A DNA stretch of 63,969 nucleotides, filler included, from an uncultured bacterium (lineage in GTDB: Bacteria > Hinthialibacterota > Hinthialibacteria > Hinthialibacterales > Hinthialibacteraceae), in the NCBI GenBank assembly GCA_964449065.1. It is 3 parts of 3 records of this genome, joined end to end, with 100 filler letters (N's around TTAATTAATTAA, not from the genome) between each part and the next. Parts side by side here need not be neighbours in the genome. Positions count along the whole stretch, not along the records: positions 24,523 to 47,999 come from CAYVAZ010000031.1; positions 48,100 to 63,969 come from CAYVAZ010000096.1; 1 more part is not named here. One strand, written 5' to 3'. Numbering within the stretch: the stretch's first letter is position 1; each line of letters begins with the position of its first letter. A program made the translations under genes and the position numbers. Below, in pieces: positions 39,714 to 49,365 of this stretch. The notes under the pieces were generated by a model. That model did no database searches. It was not told the DNA's origin and worked only from the letters and a program-made list of their open reading frames with translations.

Positions 39714-41009
39714 TCATTTTCGTTGTGCTTTCCCCAACTCACCGCATTTCGCCAGCCCGATTTTCATAAAGATCGGTCCAATGATCTGGTTCACCGCGAT
39801 GACAGCGACCATCAGTGTCTGCATCCCTTCGCCCCACTCAAAGCCTTCTTTGATGAGGATCGACAGCAGCCCTAAACTCACGCCCGCCTGGGGCAAAAAC
39901 AGCATCCATAGATACTGCGGGCAGACAAAGTGTTCACGCGATAGTTTCGCTCCTGCATACGTAGAGACTCCCGTCCACAGCAGCCGAATCGCCACCAGCA
40001 GCATTGCCAGCCCAAACATCGATTGCAGCGTGATCAAGTCGAGCGCCGCCCCCGTAATTGTAAAGAAGACCACATAGATCAATAGTGAACTGTCTTCAAT
40101 CATATCAATCAATGCTTTGCCGCGTTTGGATGCATTTGTCACCCATATCCCGGCGGCAATACACACGATTAGTGTATCCAAGTGAAAGGTTTTAGATCCT
40201 TCCGAGATCAGGTACGAAAACGCCAATACAAAAAACACCTGGTTTTTGTTCACAAAGCGCAGATAGATCGAGATAAACCATCCCGCTCCCAAACCGACTA
40301 ATACAGAAATGGTGAGTTCGTTAAACAAGCCCAGCAAAAAGCCCCAATTCACTCCCCCTTGGTCAAATTCCAGCATCTTCAATAACGGCACCAGCGATGT
40401 AAAGATAATGATGACCAGTACATCTTTGATCACGGTGATGCCCAATACCGTTTCGGTCATCGGTCCGGCCGATTTTGTTTCCGTAATAATCGCGATGGTA
40501 GTTGCGGGGGACTGCGCAATGGCGATAACGCCAAATACCATTCCGGCCGCCCAACGCGTTGCGCTATTCATGCCTTCGAGAAAGGGCAGCCAGGTGGAGA
40601 CCGTATAAAACGAAGTCGTTCCCAACACAAAGATCAGAACCACCTGACTGGCCGTAATCCACCCTATGGCCTTCATCCTCTGTTTCAGTGAACTCAAGTG
40701 AAACTCACCGCCCGCCGAAAGCGCAATTAAGGCCAACGCGATTTGATCGATTAAATCCAAGTGATCGACGGCATCGTGCGTCAACAGGTTGGAGCAATAG
40801 GGGCCGATGACCATCCCCGCTATGATATAGCCGGTGAGCCGCGGCAGTTGCAGATGTGCGCCGATTTCACCCACCAGATACCCAACAAGGATCACCAGCC
40901 CCAGCGCGACCGCAAGTGTTCCCGCATTGGTTCCTGTGAAGGAAGGGTACAGCGCTGCCACCACTACCAGCAGAATGATGATAATCAATGCCGTGATTCT
41001 CGATGTCAT
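39714..41009 (-). CDS. Cation:proton antiporter (CPA2-like)
   Basis: LPRLTGYIIAG, SPATT, IKDV, FFTITGA, PQAGVSLGL; start MTSRIT overlaps the upstream stop. Confidence 0.85.
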   Translation of the reverse strand: MTSRITALIIIILLVVVAALYPSFTGTNAGTLAVALGLVILVGYLVGEIGAHLQLPRLTGYIIAGMVIGPYCSNLLTHDAVDHLDLIDQIALALIALSAGGEFHLSSLKQRMKAIGWITASQVVLIFVLGTTSFYTVSTWLPFLEGMNSATRWAAGMVFGVIAIAQSPATTIAIITETKSAGPMTETVLGITVIKDVLVIIIFTSLVPLLKMLEFDQGGVNWGFLLGLFNELTISVLVGLGAGWFISIYLRFVNKNQVFFVLAFSYLISEGSKTFHLDTLIVCIAAGIWVTNASKRGKALIDMIEDSSLLIYVVFFTITGAALDLITLQSMFGLAMLLVAIRLLWTGVSTYAGAKLSREHFVCPQYLWMLFLPQAGVSLGLLSILIKEGFEWGEGMQTLMVAVIAVNQIIGPIFMKIGLAKCGELGKAQRK

Positions 41010-42394
41010 CCTGTAACCTCGGAGGGCTTGGTGTTGTGTTGGAGAGATTGTTTTCGCGAGTTTGTTTTGATTGCCCCGGTTTTGTAGAGCATGGACCGCA
41101 TGGTGTTGGCGCCGATGATTTGATTCAGCAAGAGAGATACGATCATAATGTTGAGCGCTATTTTGGTGAACTCTCCCGTGTAAAAGTCTTGCAGAGTGTC
41201 TTCTGTTGTTAGGCCGGCATATTTTCCGGTTTGGATGATGTAGTAATCCGCCACAATTGCCAGCGACATGCCCCCTTGCGAGATCATCGACCAATGCAGT
41301 GGAAACCGCTTGCCGGACCCATTCGGTTCAAACAGGAAGCGCGCGGTATGCACACTAAAGAACAATGCCAGAAACCGCAGAATGCAATAGAACAATGCCA
41401 GCAAGAGCACAAACCACGTTAGCGGTGTCCATAGGGCGCCGATAAAAATCATGAATACGATAAAGAAAGGGCGTTCGGTCCGCATCAGCCGGTTTGATAC
41501 CCGGCCGCGCGCAAAGTTGGGCAGGTTGGTTAATGTGGCTCCCATCAAAAAGTTGATGAACAAAGGCGACAAATGCAGGGATGCCGCCAACCCGGATGAA
41601 AGCAGCACCGCCCCGGTCAGTACCAACAGCATTTCATTGGGCTGCAAGCGTTCGCTGGTGAGGTAATGCAGCATCCATCCCAACGCGACCCCCATCATCA
41701 ATGAGACAACAATCCATACCAATCCTTGCTGCAACAAAAACCGCAGCGTTTCGGTATCCATCGCTGTCATGCGCCGCACAAAATCAAAACCGGTTTGCAG
41801 GGATGACCGGTTCAGCGCTTCGTCCAACAGGGCTGCATCGATGCAGTACCATAATGCCATGAGGATGATCGCAATGGGTGCCCGGATATCGGTTAGCAGT
41901 TGGATGTGTTTTACGATCCCGCCGCGTGCGCTATTGATATTTTTAATCAACGCCATCGCCGAATAGTTGGATAGCGAAGCCGAACAGGCCAGGCACAAAC
42001 AAAATCCAATGGGAAATACCGGAACGAATTTCTGCCAATACCCTAACGCGAAAAATCCTGTAAACAATATGACGATGGTGATGAGTGAGATTATAATTCC
42101 TGTTAACCAATTTCGGAGAGAAATTTGTTTAGTGAGCTGCCTGTCAAACTGAATTCCGACCAGCAGGCCGAACCATCCCAGCCCCAAACTCATTACCGGA
42201 GACAGTTCCTGCAGCGCGTCATTGGTGATGATTCCGCTGACTTGCGGGCCGATCAGCAGCCCGACAAACAAAAAACCGGCCCCCAGTGTAATCAGCGTTT
42301 GCAGCGCCAGCGAGAAGCGTTTGGCATATTCGGTCAAATGCGCCCCGAGAAAGCCCAGCACCATTATAATAATCAACCCGATAAACACATTCAT
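41006..42394 (-). CDS. Cation:proton antiporter-like membrane protein
   Basis: About 12 TM helices, GLLIGP, LSPLFINFLMG, SQGGMSLA; paired with the downstream paralogue. Confidence 0.75.
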   Translation of the reverse strand: MNVFIGLIIIMVLGFLGAHLTEYAKRFSLALQTLITLGAGFLFVGLLIGPQVSGIITNDALQELSPVMSLGLGWFGLLVGIQFDRQLTKQISLRNWLTGIIISLITIVILFTGFFALGYWQKFVPVFPIGFCLCLACSASLSNYSAMALIKNINSARGGIVKHIQLLTDIRAPIAIILMALWYCIDAALLDEALNRSSLQTGFDFVRRMTAMDTETLRFLLQQGLVWIVVSLMMGVALGWMLHYLTSERLQPNEMLLVLTGAVLLSSGLAASLHLSPLFINFLMGATLTNLPNFARGRVSNRLMRTERPFFIVFMIFIGALWTPLTWFVLLLALFYCILRFLALFFSVHTARFLFEPNGSGKRFPLHWSMISQGGMSLAIVADYYIIQTGKYAGLTTEDTLQDFYTGEFTKIALNIMIVSLLLNQIIGANTMRSMLYKTGAIKTNSRKQSLQHNTKPSEVTG

Positions 42395-42512
42395 CGATTG
42401 CGCACACCTCGCCCATCCGTTCAAAATCAAGTTGTACCATACTACAGATACGCCATCAACCAGTAAGGTTTACACAACGGGAGAATAAGAGGAAGGTACA
42501 AATTTTTGATTG

Positions 42513-42926
42513 TTTCAATAAACGAATCAATCCAAATGGCTCAAAGTGAGGGTCATTGGTGAGAGCCTCATGAATCCCTCTTTGATTCTTAACAGCCAAA
42601 CTCAAACAATCTGTTCAACTCCAATCGTTATCTTCATGTTGTTTTAATATGCGCCAAGCAAGATCATGGAATGCATGGTCATAAAAAGCAACGTTTACGA
42701 AAGGAGAAGAATATAGACTTTCTATAAATGCGGTCGTTTTAGTCTTTGGTATACGCAATGGACTTGACATTAAAGAGACCAATTCAGTAATGAAGTAATT
42801 TGTCGTGATGAAACGGCCGGCATCTCGACGTCTTGATTAATATAGTTCAATAGATAAAGTGTGAAACGGTTGTGATACATCAACAATATTTCCCCAACCT
42901 GAAGTGTCAACAAAAATTTCCGGCAT
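42513..42926 (-). pseudogene. PIN/VapC toxin pseudogene
   Basis: MPEIFVDTSGW...LY*SRR...TTNYFITE...DNDWS*TDCLS...(frameshift)GIHEALTNDPHF; two stops plus a frameshift; 3' end approximate. Confidence 0.85.
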
Positions 42927-43221
42927 ATAATTCGCGTAGTAAATCGTTGTTTACTACTTTCTTGGAAAGGTTCTGTTCTAAGTATTTGTCATGATTCTCT
43001 GTCCAATCCGGTACGTTACTGCGAACGGCACCAAAAAATTGCTCTACCGGGTCTTGTTGGATGGATCTTTTTACAGTAGCCAACCATTCTGAAGCCACTT
43101 CTTCAGTCGAACAGCCTTGTTCTTTGGCATATTTTTCAATGGTTTGATAGATATCTTTTGGGATATCTAGTTTTAACGTTTGTCCCAAGATAATCTCCAA
43201 GACGATAATGTCTCTTCCCAT
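42907..43221 (-). CDS. Putative antitoxin of the PIN pseudogene
   Basis: TLKLDIPKDIYQ...DPVEQFFGA...HDKYL; directly upstream of the PIN gene; start uncertain. Confidence 0.7.
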   Translation of the reverse strand: MGRDIIVLEIILGQTLKLDIPKDIYQTIEKYAKEQGCSTEEVASEWLATVKRSIQQDPVEQFFGAVRSNVPDWTENHDKYLEQNLSKKVVNNDLLRELYAGNFC

Positions 43222-43388
43222 TATATTGGAATAAAAGGAAAATGCGAACTTGCTGAAAAACTACGGTTCCAGGGCATGAATATCCCCATCGCTAAATAAC
43301 CCGAACACTTCGAATGTGGAATATGTGGAAACTGTTTTTCTGCGTAGTATAAAAACATAGGTTTATTCTTATTACAATCACAATTATT

Positions 43389-44024
43389 TTACCCATGCGG
43401 CCAGGGCGCTCCATCCACATTCTTCACCGTACTCGCGGGTTGCCCCTCTTTAAACATTTGCACATCGCCGTTGCTGGTCAAGCCATTGGTCGCGTCAAAG
43501 CGGAACATCGCATCCGAAAACGGATAGTTCGCCATTAATGAGGTATCATCCGCGTGTTCTCTGCCGAGCGTTGAATCCGGCCCGATGCTCAGCAATATCC
43601 ATGTGGTAAATGGGAAATCGTTATAACTGTCGGCGTTATAATTCCCCGCGCCTAACTCATACAGCGCGTTGCCGAACTGGCGGTCTGTACCATCTACTTC
43701 CACATATTTCGCTTTATATGGATCAATCAAGTTCCCTCCTGTGATATAGGCAACCGGCGTGGTCATGGAAATCCAACCCGTTCGAAGACCGGTTGGGTTG
43801 GTATAACCGATATACCCTCTGCCGCCATCGGTTGGATAGGTGCCGTTATCCAATTGGTACATCTCCAACCCGGTTGAAATGCTGCGTAAATCCGCCTGCA
43901 CCCGCGCCAGCCGCGCCCGCATTTGCGCGTTGATAAAATTCGGTACCGCAATCGCCGCCAGGATACCGATAATCGCCACCACAATCAGCAACTCAATCAA
44001 CGTAAATCCTTCAATTTGTTTCAT
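43389..44024 (-). CDS. Prepilin-type (GspG-like) protein
   Basis: MKQIEGFTLIELL; MTTPVAY, SIGPD, FDATNGLTSNGDV. Confidence 0.9.
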   Translation of the reverse strand: MKQIEGFTLIELLIVVAIIGILAAIAVPNFINAQMRARLARVQADLRSISTGLEMYQLDNGTYPTDGGRGYIGYTNPTGLRTGWISMTTPVAYITGGNLIDPYKAKYVEVDGTDRQFGNALYELGAGNYNADSYNDFPFTTWILLSIGPDSTLGREHADDTSLMANYPFSDAMFRFDATNGLTSNGDVQMFKEGQPASTVKNVDGAPWPHG

Positions 44025-44224
44025 GATCCTTGCTCCCCACATTATCAAAATCAAAACGGATGATTCAATCTTCACAAATTATATCGATATTGTCAAGATA
44101 ATATTGATAGATGATTAGTTGATAAATATAGCGTAGGATCATAGCTGCAACGAAGGTATCTAAAATAATCTCTGACAGTTCTCTTGGCGAATTTTCTTGG
44201 CGAGTGTGTCATGAAGAGCAGAAT

Positions 44225-44863
44225 TCACCCGCCGCCCATCATCGCAGGTAAATCCAACTGGCCGCCAAAACGAACCATATCGCCTCTGCTTCGCAGTCCG
44301 TTGCTGGGAGTGTACAACCGTTGTTGACCGCAACCGGTGCAGTCCTTCTTCAGCATGATGTCTCCGGGATACCACACCCCGCCGGAGTCCTGCTCATCCG
44401 GTCCTTGTGATGTTAATGCAAAGGCATCCGGCAAATGCTTGGGGTCATCTACACCAAACGCGCGCAATCCGTCTTGCAACCCCCAATGTCCCCGGTAACT
44501 CACATAGACATAGGTAGGAAACGTGGCCGGGCTGTCTTTCCCCAATGTTTTGATGGGAACAAACGGGTCTTCAAAATTGAGGGACGATAAATAAGCGGTT
44601 GGTGAGGTTAATTCCAACACCGTCTTGATGTGAAATGGGATCGTGAATGCATGATTCGGTTTAGGAAACGGATAGGCCCCGCTGTCGACATAGTACATTT
44701 CTAATGCTTGGCTGATGGTTCGTAAATCGGCATGAACACGCGCTACCTTTGCCCGTGTTTGCGCGTTTAAAAAATTCGGGATGGCAATCGCCGTGAGAAT
44801 TCCAATGATGGCAACAACGATGAGCAGCTCAATAAGGGTGAATCCAGCTTGGGTTCGTAACAT
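44225..44863 (-). CDS. Prepilin-type (GspG-like) protein
   Basis: MLRTQAGFTLIELL; LTSPTAY, SQGPD, YTPSNGLRSRGDM. Confidence 0.9.
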   Translation of the reverse strand: MLRTQAGFTLIELLIVVAIIGILTAIAIPNFLNAQTRAKVARVHADLRTISQALEMYYVDSGAYPFPKPNHAFTIPFHIKTVLELTSPTAYLSSLNFEDPFVPIKTLGKDSPATFPTYVYVSYRGHWGLQDGLRAFGVDDPKHLPDAFALTSQGPDEQDSGGVWYPGDIMLKKDCTGCGQQRLYTPSNGLRSRGDMVRFGGQLDLPAMMGGG

Positions 44864-44879
44864 GATTGTATGATCATAT

Positions 44880-45452
44880 CTACTGAGATAGAAGAATGGA
44901 ACCCGGCGTAAATTTATAAATATCCCCCGCCGAGACAACCCCATTGCTGGCGTGATACGCCAATACGCCGGTCGGTGGTGAACCGCCGATATCTTCCAGT
45001 TGATCCGGCCCGCGGCTTACGGTCAGCATAAAGGTGCCACGCTGAACCGCCTCGGTAACAGGGGCACCGCCCCAATTCGAACCGGCTTGCCGTACTTGAT
45101 GCACATTCCAGCCGGGATAGAAGTCTTCATGTCCGCCGGCAAAGCGGTGCGCTTCCTTGCCTTTTTCCAGCGTAAAGCCGTCTTTGGGGATATTGCTCAA
45201 ATACGCTATCGGCGTGGTCAGGGCAGGGTAGATAAAAACCGAATACCACTGATTGCCGCCGAAATATGGATACGCATTGTTATCCAAGTTGTAGGAGATA
45301 AATCCTTTTGAGAGCGCATCCATATCGGAATAACTGCGCGCAATTTTCGCTTTAATTTGGGCGTTGATAAAGTTCGGTACAGCAATCGCCGCCAAAATCC
45401 CGATAATCGCTACCACAATCAATAATTCGATGAGAGTAAACCCGTTCCGCAT
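44880..45452 (-). CDS. Prepilin-type (GspG-like) protein
   Basis: MRNGFTLIELL; LTTPIAY, SRGPD, YHASNGVVSAGDI. Confidence 0.9.
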   Translation of the reverse strand: MRNGFTLIELLIVVAIIGILAAIAVPNFINAQIKAKIARSYSDMDALSKGFISYNLDNNAYPYFGGNQWYSVFIYPALTTPIAYLSNIPKDGFTLEKGKEAHRFAGGHEDFYPGWNVHQVRQAGSNWGGAPVTEAVQRGTFMLTVSRGPDQLEDIGGSPPTGVLAYHASNGVVSAGDIYKFTPGSILLSQ

Positions 45453-45516
45453 TCTATTCTCCTGAAGCTAAATGTAATCAAATGATAGCATGAGAGCGGA
45501 CGTACGGCAAAAGAAT

Positions 45517-46524
45517 TTACCGCCCCATTTTTTTGAGGGCGTTAAGGATGGAAAAATATCCCCGCCCCAATTCAAGCGAGAGCGTATCGATGGTCTTCCG
45601 TTTCTTCTTGGTTTGCCCAAACAATTCATCATACCGTTTTACTAGATGATCATAATCTTCGGGCGTCCAGGGTTTTCCTTGGTTGGTGAGATGATTATCT
45701 TCCGGAATGGGGAGGGTATCCATTAAATAGCCGGGGGCAATTTTTAGCATTTCATTCATACCATGCTCATACACCTTTTCATTAATCTCAAACCCACATG
45801 CTTTACGGTTGAGCCCTACAGCCGCTTTTGCAGTTGAAAACCCACCCAAAAACAAATCGCAAACCGTATCGCCTTCGTTGCTGCTATACAGAATCATCTT
45901 CTTGAGCAGCTCCATCGGCAATTCGTTTTTGTTTTTGGCTTTGCCCGGTTTGTATTCGCGGTTGATGATCCACACATCCTCCCGGTCGCGGTAATTTTTG
46001 GCCTCACCTTGATCGCCCTTTTCGGTTTTTCCAAACCGCGAATAGGTGTTAAACGTAACCGGGCCGCCGGGGCTGGTGCAATACAATATATGGTAATGAG
46101 AGGTGATGTATTTTTTGGTGGTATACACGCCGAAGTTGTACTTCCAGATGATGTGGTTGACCAAATTGAAACCGAGTTCATCAATCGCGATAAGAATATC
46201 TTTCAAATTGCTGTGGCCGGATACAGCGTACATCGATCCCCCCGGCCGCAGGATTCGCTTGGCTTCCTTCATCCACTGCCGCGTGAATTCCGGATACTTA
46301 TGCAGCGGGATTTCATTGTAGCCTTCGATGACATGCTTCTCATCGCGGTTGTAGTGTTTGTGCAGTTGGTCGCCGTTGATCCCATAAGGAGGGTCGGTGA
46401 TAATCAGATCAATAGAACTGTCAAGGATATGCTGAGGGCACTCTATAATACAACTACCGTTTATGAACAAAGGTTCTTTACGCTTTAGCAGACTTTTATT
46501 TGAAGATGGATAGTGTTTTTTCAT
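45517..46524 (-). CDS. Orphan N4/N6 DNA methyltransferase (beta-class motif order)
   Basis: DPPY precedes DLFLGGFST; no restriction endonuclease adjacent. Confidence 0.88.
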   Translation of the reverse strand: MKKHYPSSNKSLLKRKEPLFINGSCIIECPQHILDSSIDLIITDPPYGINGDQLHKHYNRDEKHVIEGYNEIPLHKYPEFTRQWMKEAKRILRPGGSMYAVSGHSNLKDILIAIDELGFNLVNHIIWKYNFGVYTTKKYITSHYHILYCTSPGGPVTFNTYSRFGKTEKGDQGEAKNYRDREDVWIINREYKPGKAKNKNELPMELLKKMILYSSNEGDTVCDLFLGGFSTAKAAVGLNRKACGFEINEKVYEHGMNEMLKIAPGYLMDTLPIPEDNHLTNQGKPWTPEDYDHLVKRYDELFGQTKKKRKTIDTLSLELGRGYFSILNALKKMGR

Positions 46525-46565
46525 TGATGAGATAAAACCATAATTATTTTTGAAGGCGCTGAATA

Positions 46566-47039
46566 ATGAAACTCTACAAACTACATCAAAAACAAGTATT
46601 GCCGACTACGCTTGCGGATGCTTGGGATTTCTTTTCCCGCCCGCAGAATTTGGAAAAGATCACGCCCCCGTTCCTCCGCTTTGAAATCCGCAATGGCGCG
46701 CCCCCCAAGATGTATGCCGGCATGATAGTAGAATACCGCATCCGCGACGCTTCCGGTATCCCCATGACATGGGTGACCGAAATCACCCGCGTGGATGAAC
46801 CCTATCTTTTCATCGACGAACAGCGCTTCGGTCCCTACAAGTTCTGGCACCACCAGCACTACTTCCGGGAAGTTGAAGGCGGCATCGAAGCCGAAGACAT
46901 CGTCCATTACGCCATGCCCTTCGGCCCCATCGGGCAACTGGTTCATGCCGTCTACGTCAAACGCCAACTCCAGCAAATCTTCGATTTCCGCAAACGGTTT
47001 TTGGAAGAAAAGTATGGGAAGATGGAAAAAGGCTTTTAA
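46566..47039 (+). CDS. SRPBCC family protein
   Basis: WDFFSRPQNLEKITP, FIDEQRFGPYKFWHHQH, IFDFR. Confidence 0.9.
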   Translation: MKLYKLHQKQVLPTTLADAWDFFSRPQNLEKITPPFLRFEIRNGAPPKMYAGMIVEYRIRDASGIPMTWVTEITRVDEPYLFIDEQRFGPYKFWHHQHYFREVEGGIEAEDIVHYAMPFGPIGQLVHAVYVKRQLQQIFDFRKRFLEEKYGKMEKGF

Positions 47040-47451
47040 ACGCTTGTTTTGCTTAAATTGATGAAATGAAAAGGCAGGCTTTTGAGTGAACGAAAGTGAC
47101 AATCGGTGGATATGAATAATTCACAATTGTATTTTGATGCAAATGCTGTGTGGACAGCATCAAGTCCTCTAAGATTATCTTTTTCGGCTACATCAAGTGC
47201 GTCTTGGAAGATGTTTTCAAATGTTTTGCAATGATGTAATTGACGAAATAAATGTTTGTAAGATTGAACCGAATCCCAATCTTTTTGTTGCCGGGTTTAG
47301 TTAAAACTTCAAGAATAACTGCGTCTGATATGCAAAATTCCCAGTTTCTTTCTTGCAATTCCAGCAAATTCTGAAGAATTATTTTTTTATAGGATAAAAG
47401 TCCTTCCGCGCTTGCAATCCAAACGGAAGTATCTACATATGCCAAACTCAT
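47036..47451 (-). pseudogene. PIN/VapC toxin, frameshifted near 47293
   Basis: AYVDTSVWI...ILEVLTKP, then in a shifted frame RQQKD...LRGLDAVHTAFASKYNCELFISTDCHF to TAA at 47036-47038. Confidence 0.83.
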
Positions 47452-47801
47452 TAAGGCTCTCTAAATTCTCTAAGTTCACGTATAATTTCATCATGTGTCC
47501 GTCTTCGGATATTCAGTTTGTCGAACTCATCCAACGCCCTTTTAATGGATTCCCAACTACCATCCCCTTCCAACGGCGGACGAATTCCACTGTTTGTTGT
47601 TGACGCCAACTTTTTTCCTTCGGGAGAATGATTTTCTGGCGCTTTCATCAAATTTTCATCAGTTTCTTCAACATGAATCTGCATCTCTTTCCCAAACCGC
47701 TTTGATACCATCACCAGCCGTTTGCCATGGAAGATCACTTGGCTTTCAATAACTTGAAGTGTTCGGGAAATATACTTGACACCCCCCTCCCTCCCAATCA
47801 A
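47451..47801 (-). CDS. Putative antitoxin of the frameshifted PIN gene
   Basis: C-terminal RRTHDEIIRELREFRE; stop overlaps the PIN start; true start probably later. Confidence 0.6.
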   Translation of the reverse strand: MIGREGGVKYISRTLQVIESQVIFHGKRLVMVSKRFGKEMQIHVEETDENLMKAPENHSPEGKKLASTTNSGIRPPLEGDGSWESIKRALDEFDKLNIRRRTHDEIIRELREFREP

Positions 47802-47946
47802 TCCGGTATCCGCCGACCCACTCCGCTACCCGATTCAATAGATTGATGGTTGCAGATGATAAAAAGATAGAGAAATTGTGATATTTTTCATAGATATATA
47901 TTAACGTAAACTTGATCGAATTGCTATTTGGAATTTTTCATTATAT

Positions 47947-47999
47947 AACTCACGTTACGCACTACATTATGATATGCCCATTTTTCTAATCGTTCGCTG
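47947..47999. repeat. Family C repeat end at a contig break
   Basis: AACTCACGTTACGCACTACATTATGATATGCCC... is close to the reverse complement of 39381-39433. Confidence 0.75.
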
Positions 48000-48099
48000 N
48001 NNNNNNNNNNNNNNNNNNNNNNNNNNNNNNNNNNNNNNNNNNNTTAATTAATTAANNNNNNNNNNNNNNNNNNNNNNNNNNNNNNNNNNNNNNNNNNNN
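48000..48099. other. Artificial contig-joining linker
   Basis: N-run with a central TTAATTAATTAA. Confidence 0.97.
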
Positions 48100-49003
48100 T
48101 AAGAATATCTTGGCTGGTGTCGCGAACGTCTAATGAGAAATCAACTTGGCCGGGAACGGTGTTGGTTGTGCCGGGAGTGAGTTCTACTTTCCCAATGGTG
48201 GTGACGCTGTGATCGCTGCCGTGTTCTTCCAGGATGCGCTCGATTTCCTGCGCGAATTCGGCAAGACCGTTGAAGGCATCTTTGCGCATGTTCATGGGGG
48301 TGGTTCCGGCGTGGTCGGCGGCGCCGATGAGGCGGGCTCTCCAGGTGAATAAGCCGGTGATTTCGGATACGATGCCGATGGGGATATGTTTCGCGTCCAA
48401 GACTGGCCCTTGTTCGATGTGCAATTCTAAAAACGCGTACAAGGAATCCGGGGTGCGTCTGGCTTTTAAGGCATCCATGGGTTCCATGCCGTGGCGTTTC
48501 ATTTCATCGGCGCGGCGGATACCGTTTAAGTCGATGGCATTGTGAATGGAATCGGGTGTGATTTCCCCGCAGAGGGCTTGCGAACCGAAGAGTCCGCCAA
48601 AGCGGCCTTCTTCATCGCTGAAGGAGACCATCTCGACAGGGTATTTGGTTTGGATGTTTTCTTCTTTAATGCGGCGGACGCATTCTAATGCACAGAGAAC
48701 TCCTAACGAGCCGTCCAAATGTCCCGCGTGCGGTACGGTATCGGTATGGGAGCCCAATAAAACAGCCGGGGAATGATCTTTCTTATGGTTGACTCTGCCG
48801 AAGACGTTGGCGGCGCCGTCCATCCAGGTTTCTAAACCGGCTTGACGAAGGCGGTCTTGCAGCCAGCGGCGGGCCTGCATATCCGCATCGGTAAAGCCCA
48901 TACGGTTGATGCCGATGTCTTCGCCGCGGCCAATTTGGGAGAGGTCTTCGATATCCTTGCGCAGACGTTCGAAGTTGATTTCCAGTTTGGGATTGGTGCT
49001 CAT
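48100..49003 (-). CDS. Zn-dependent N-carbamoyl-L-amino-acid/allantoate amidohydrolase (M20), 3'-truncated by the gap
   Basis: GSHTDTVP, DGSLG, DEEGRF, ELHIEQGPVL, HAGTTPM. Confidence 0.92.
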
Positions 49004-49256
49004 GATTTGTTATACTCTTTCCAATAATGAATTGATGACAAAAGCAGAATAAACTGTTCGCTTTCGCGTTCGGTTCGATTGGTGGGCTGCCCTTCCCGTG
49101 GCTGCCTTTTTGTGGGGTAACCACTGGGGGTTGCTCCTACAAAATAAACGATGGAGTAACACACTTTCTTTTTGCAACCTGGTATTCGGCCATTTGACCG
49201 AGAACAAAAACCGTATGTTAGCAGCAATCAATCGTCAATTGTGTGACATTACATCC

Positions 49257-49365
49257 TAGTACTCCGTCAATCAAAAAATGGCGGCTGGCTATCCGTTGTT
49301 TCCCCCCTTGTTAAGGGGGGCTAGGGGGGATCGATACCCGTCAATAAATCGTTGACACTGTACTA
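49257..49365. mobile_element. MITE-like element with TAGTAC-nnn-GTCAA ends carrying a family A hairpin
   Basis: TAGTACTCCGTCAA ... TTGACACTGTACTA; right end coincides with the TAG stop of the asnB-like gene. Confidence 0.6.
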
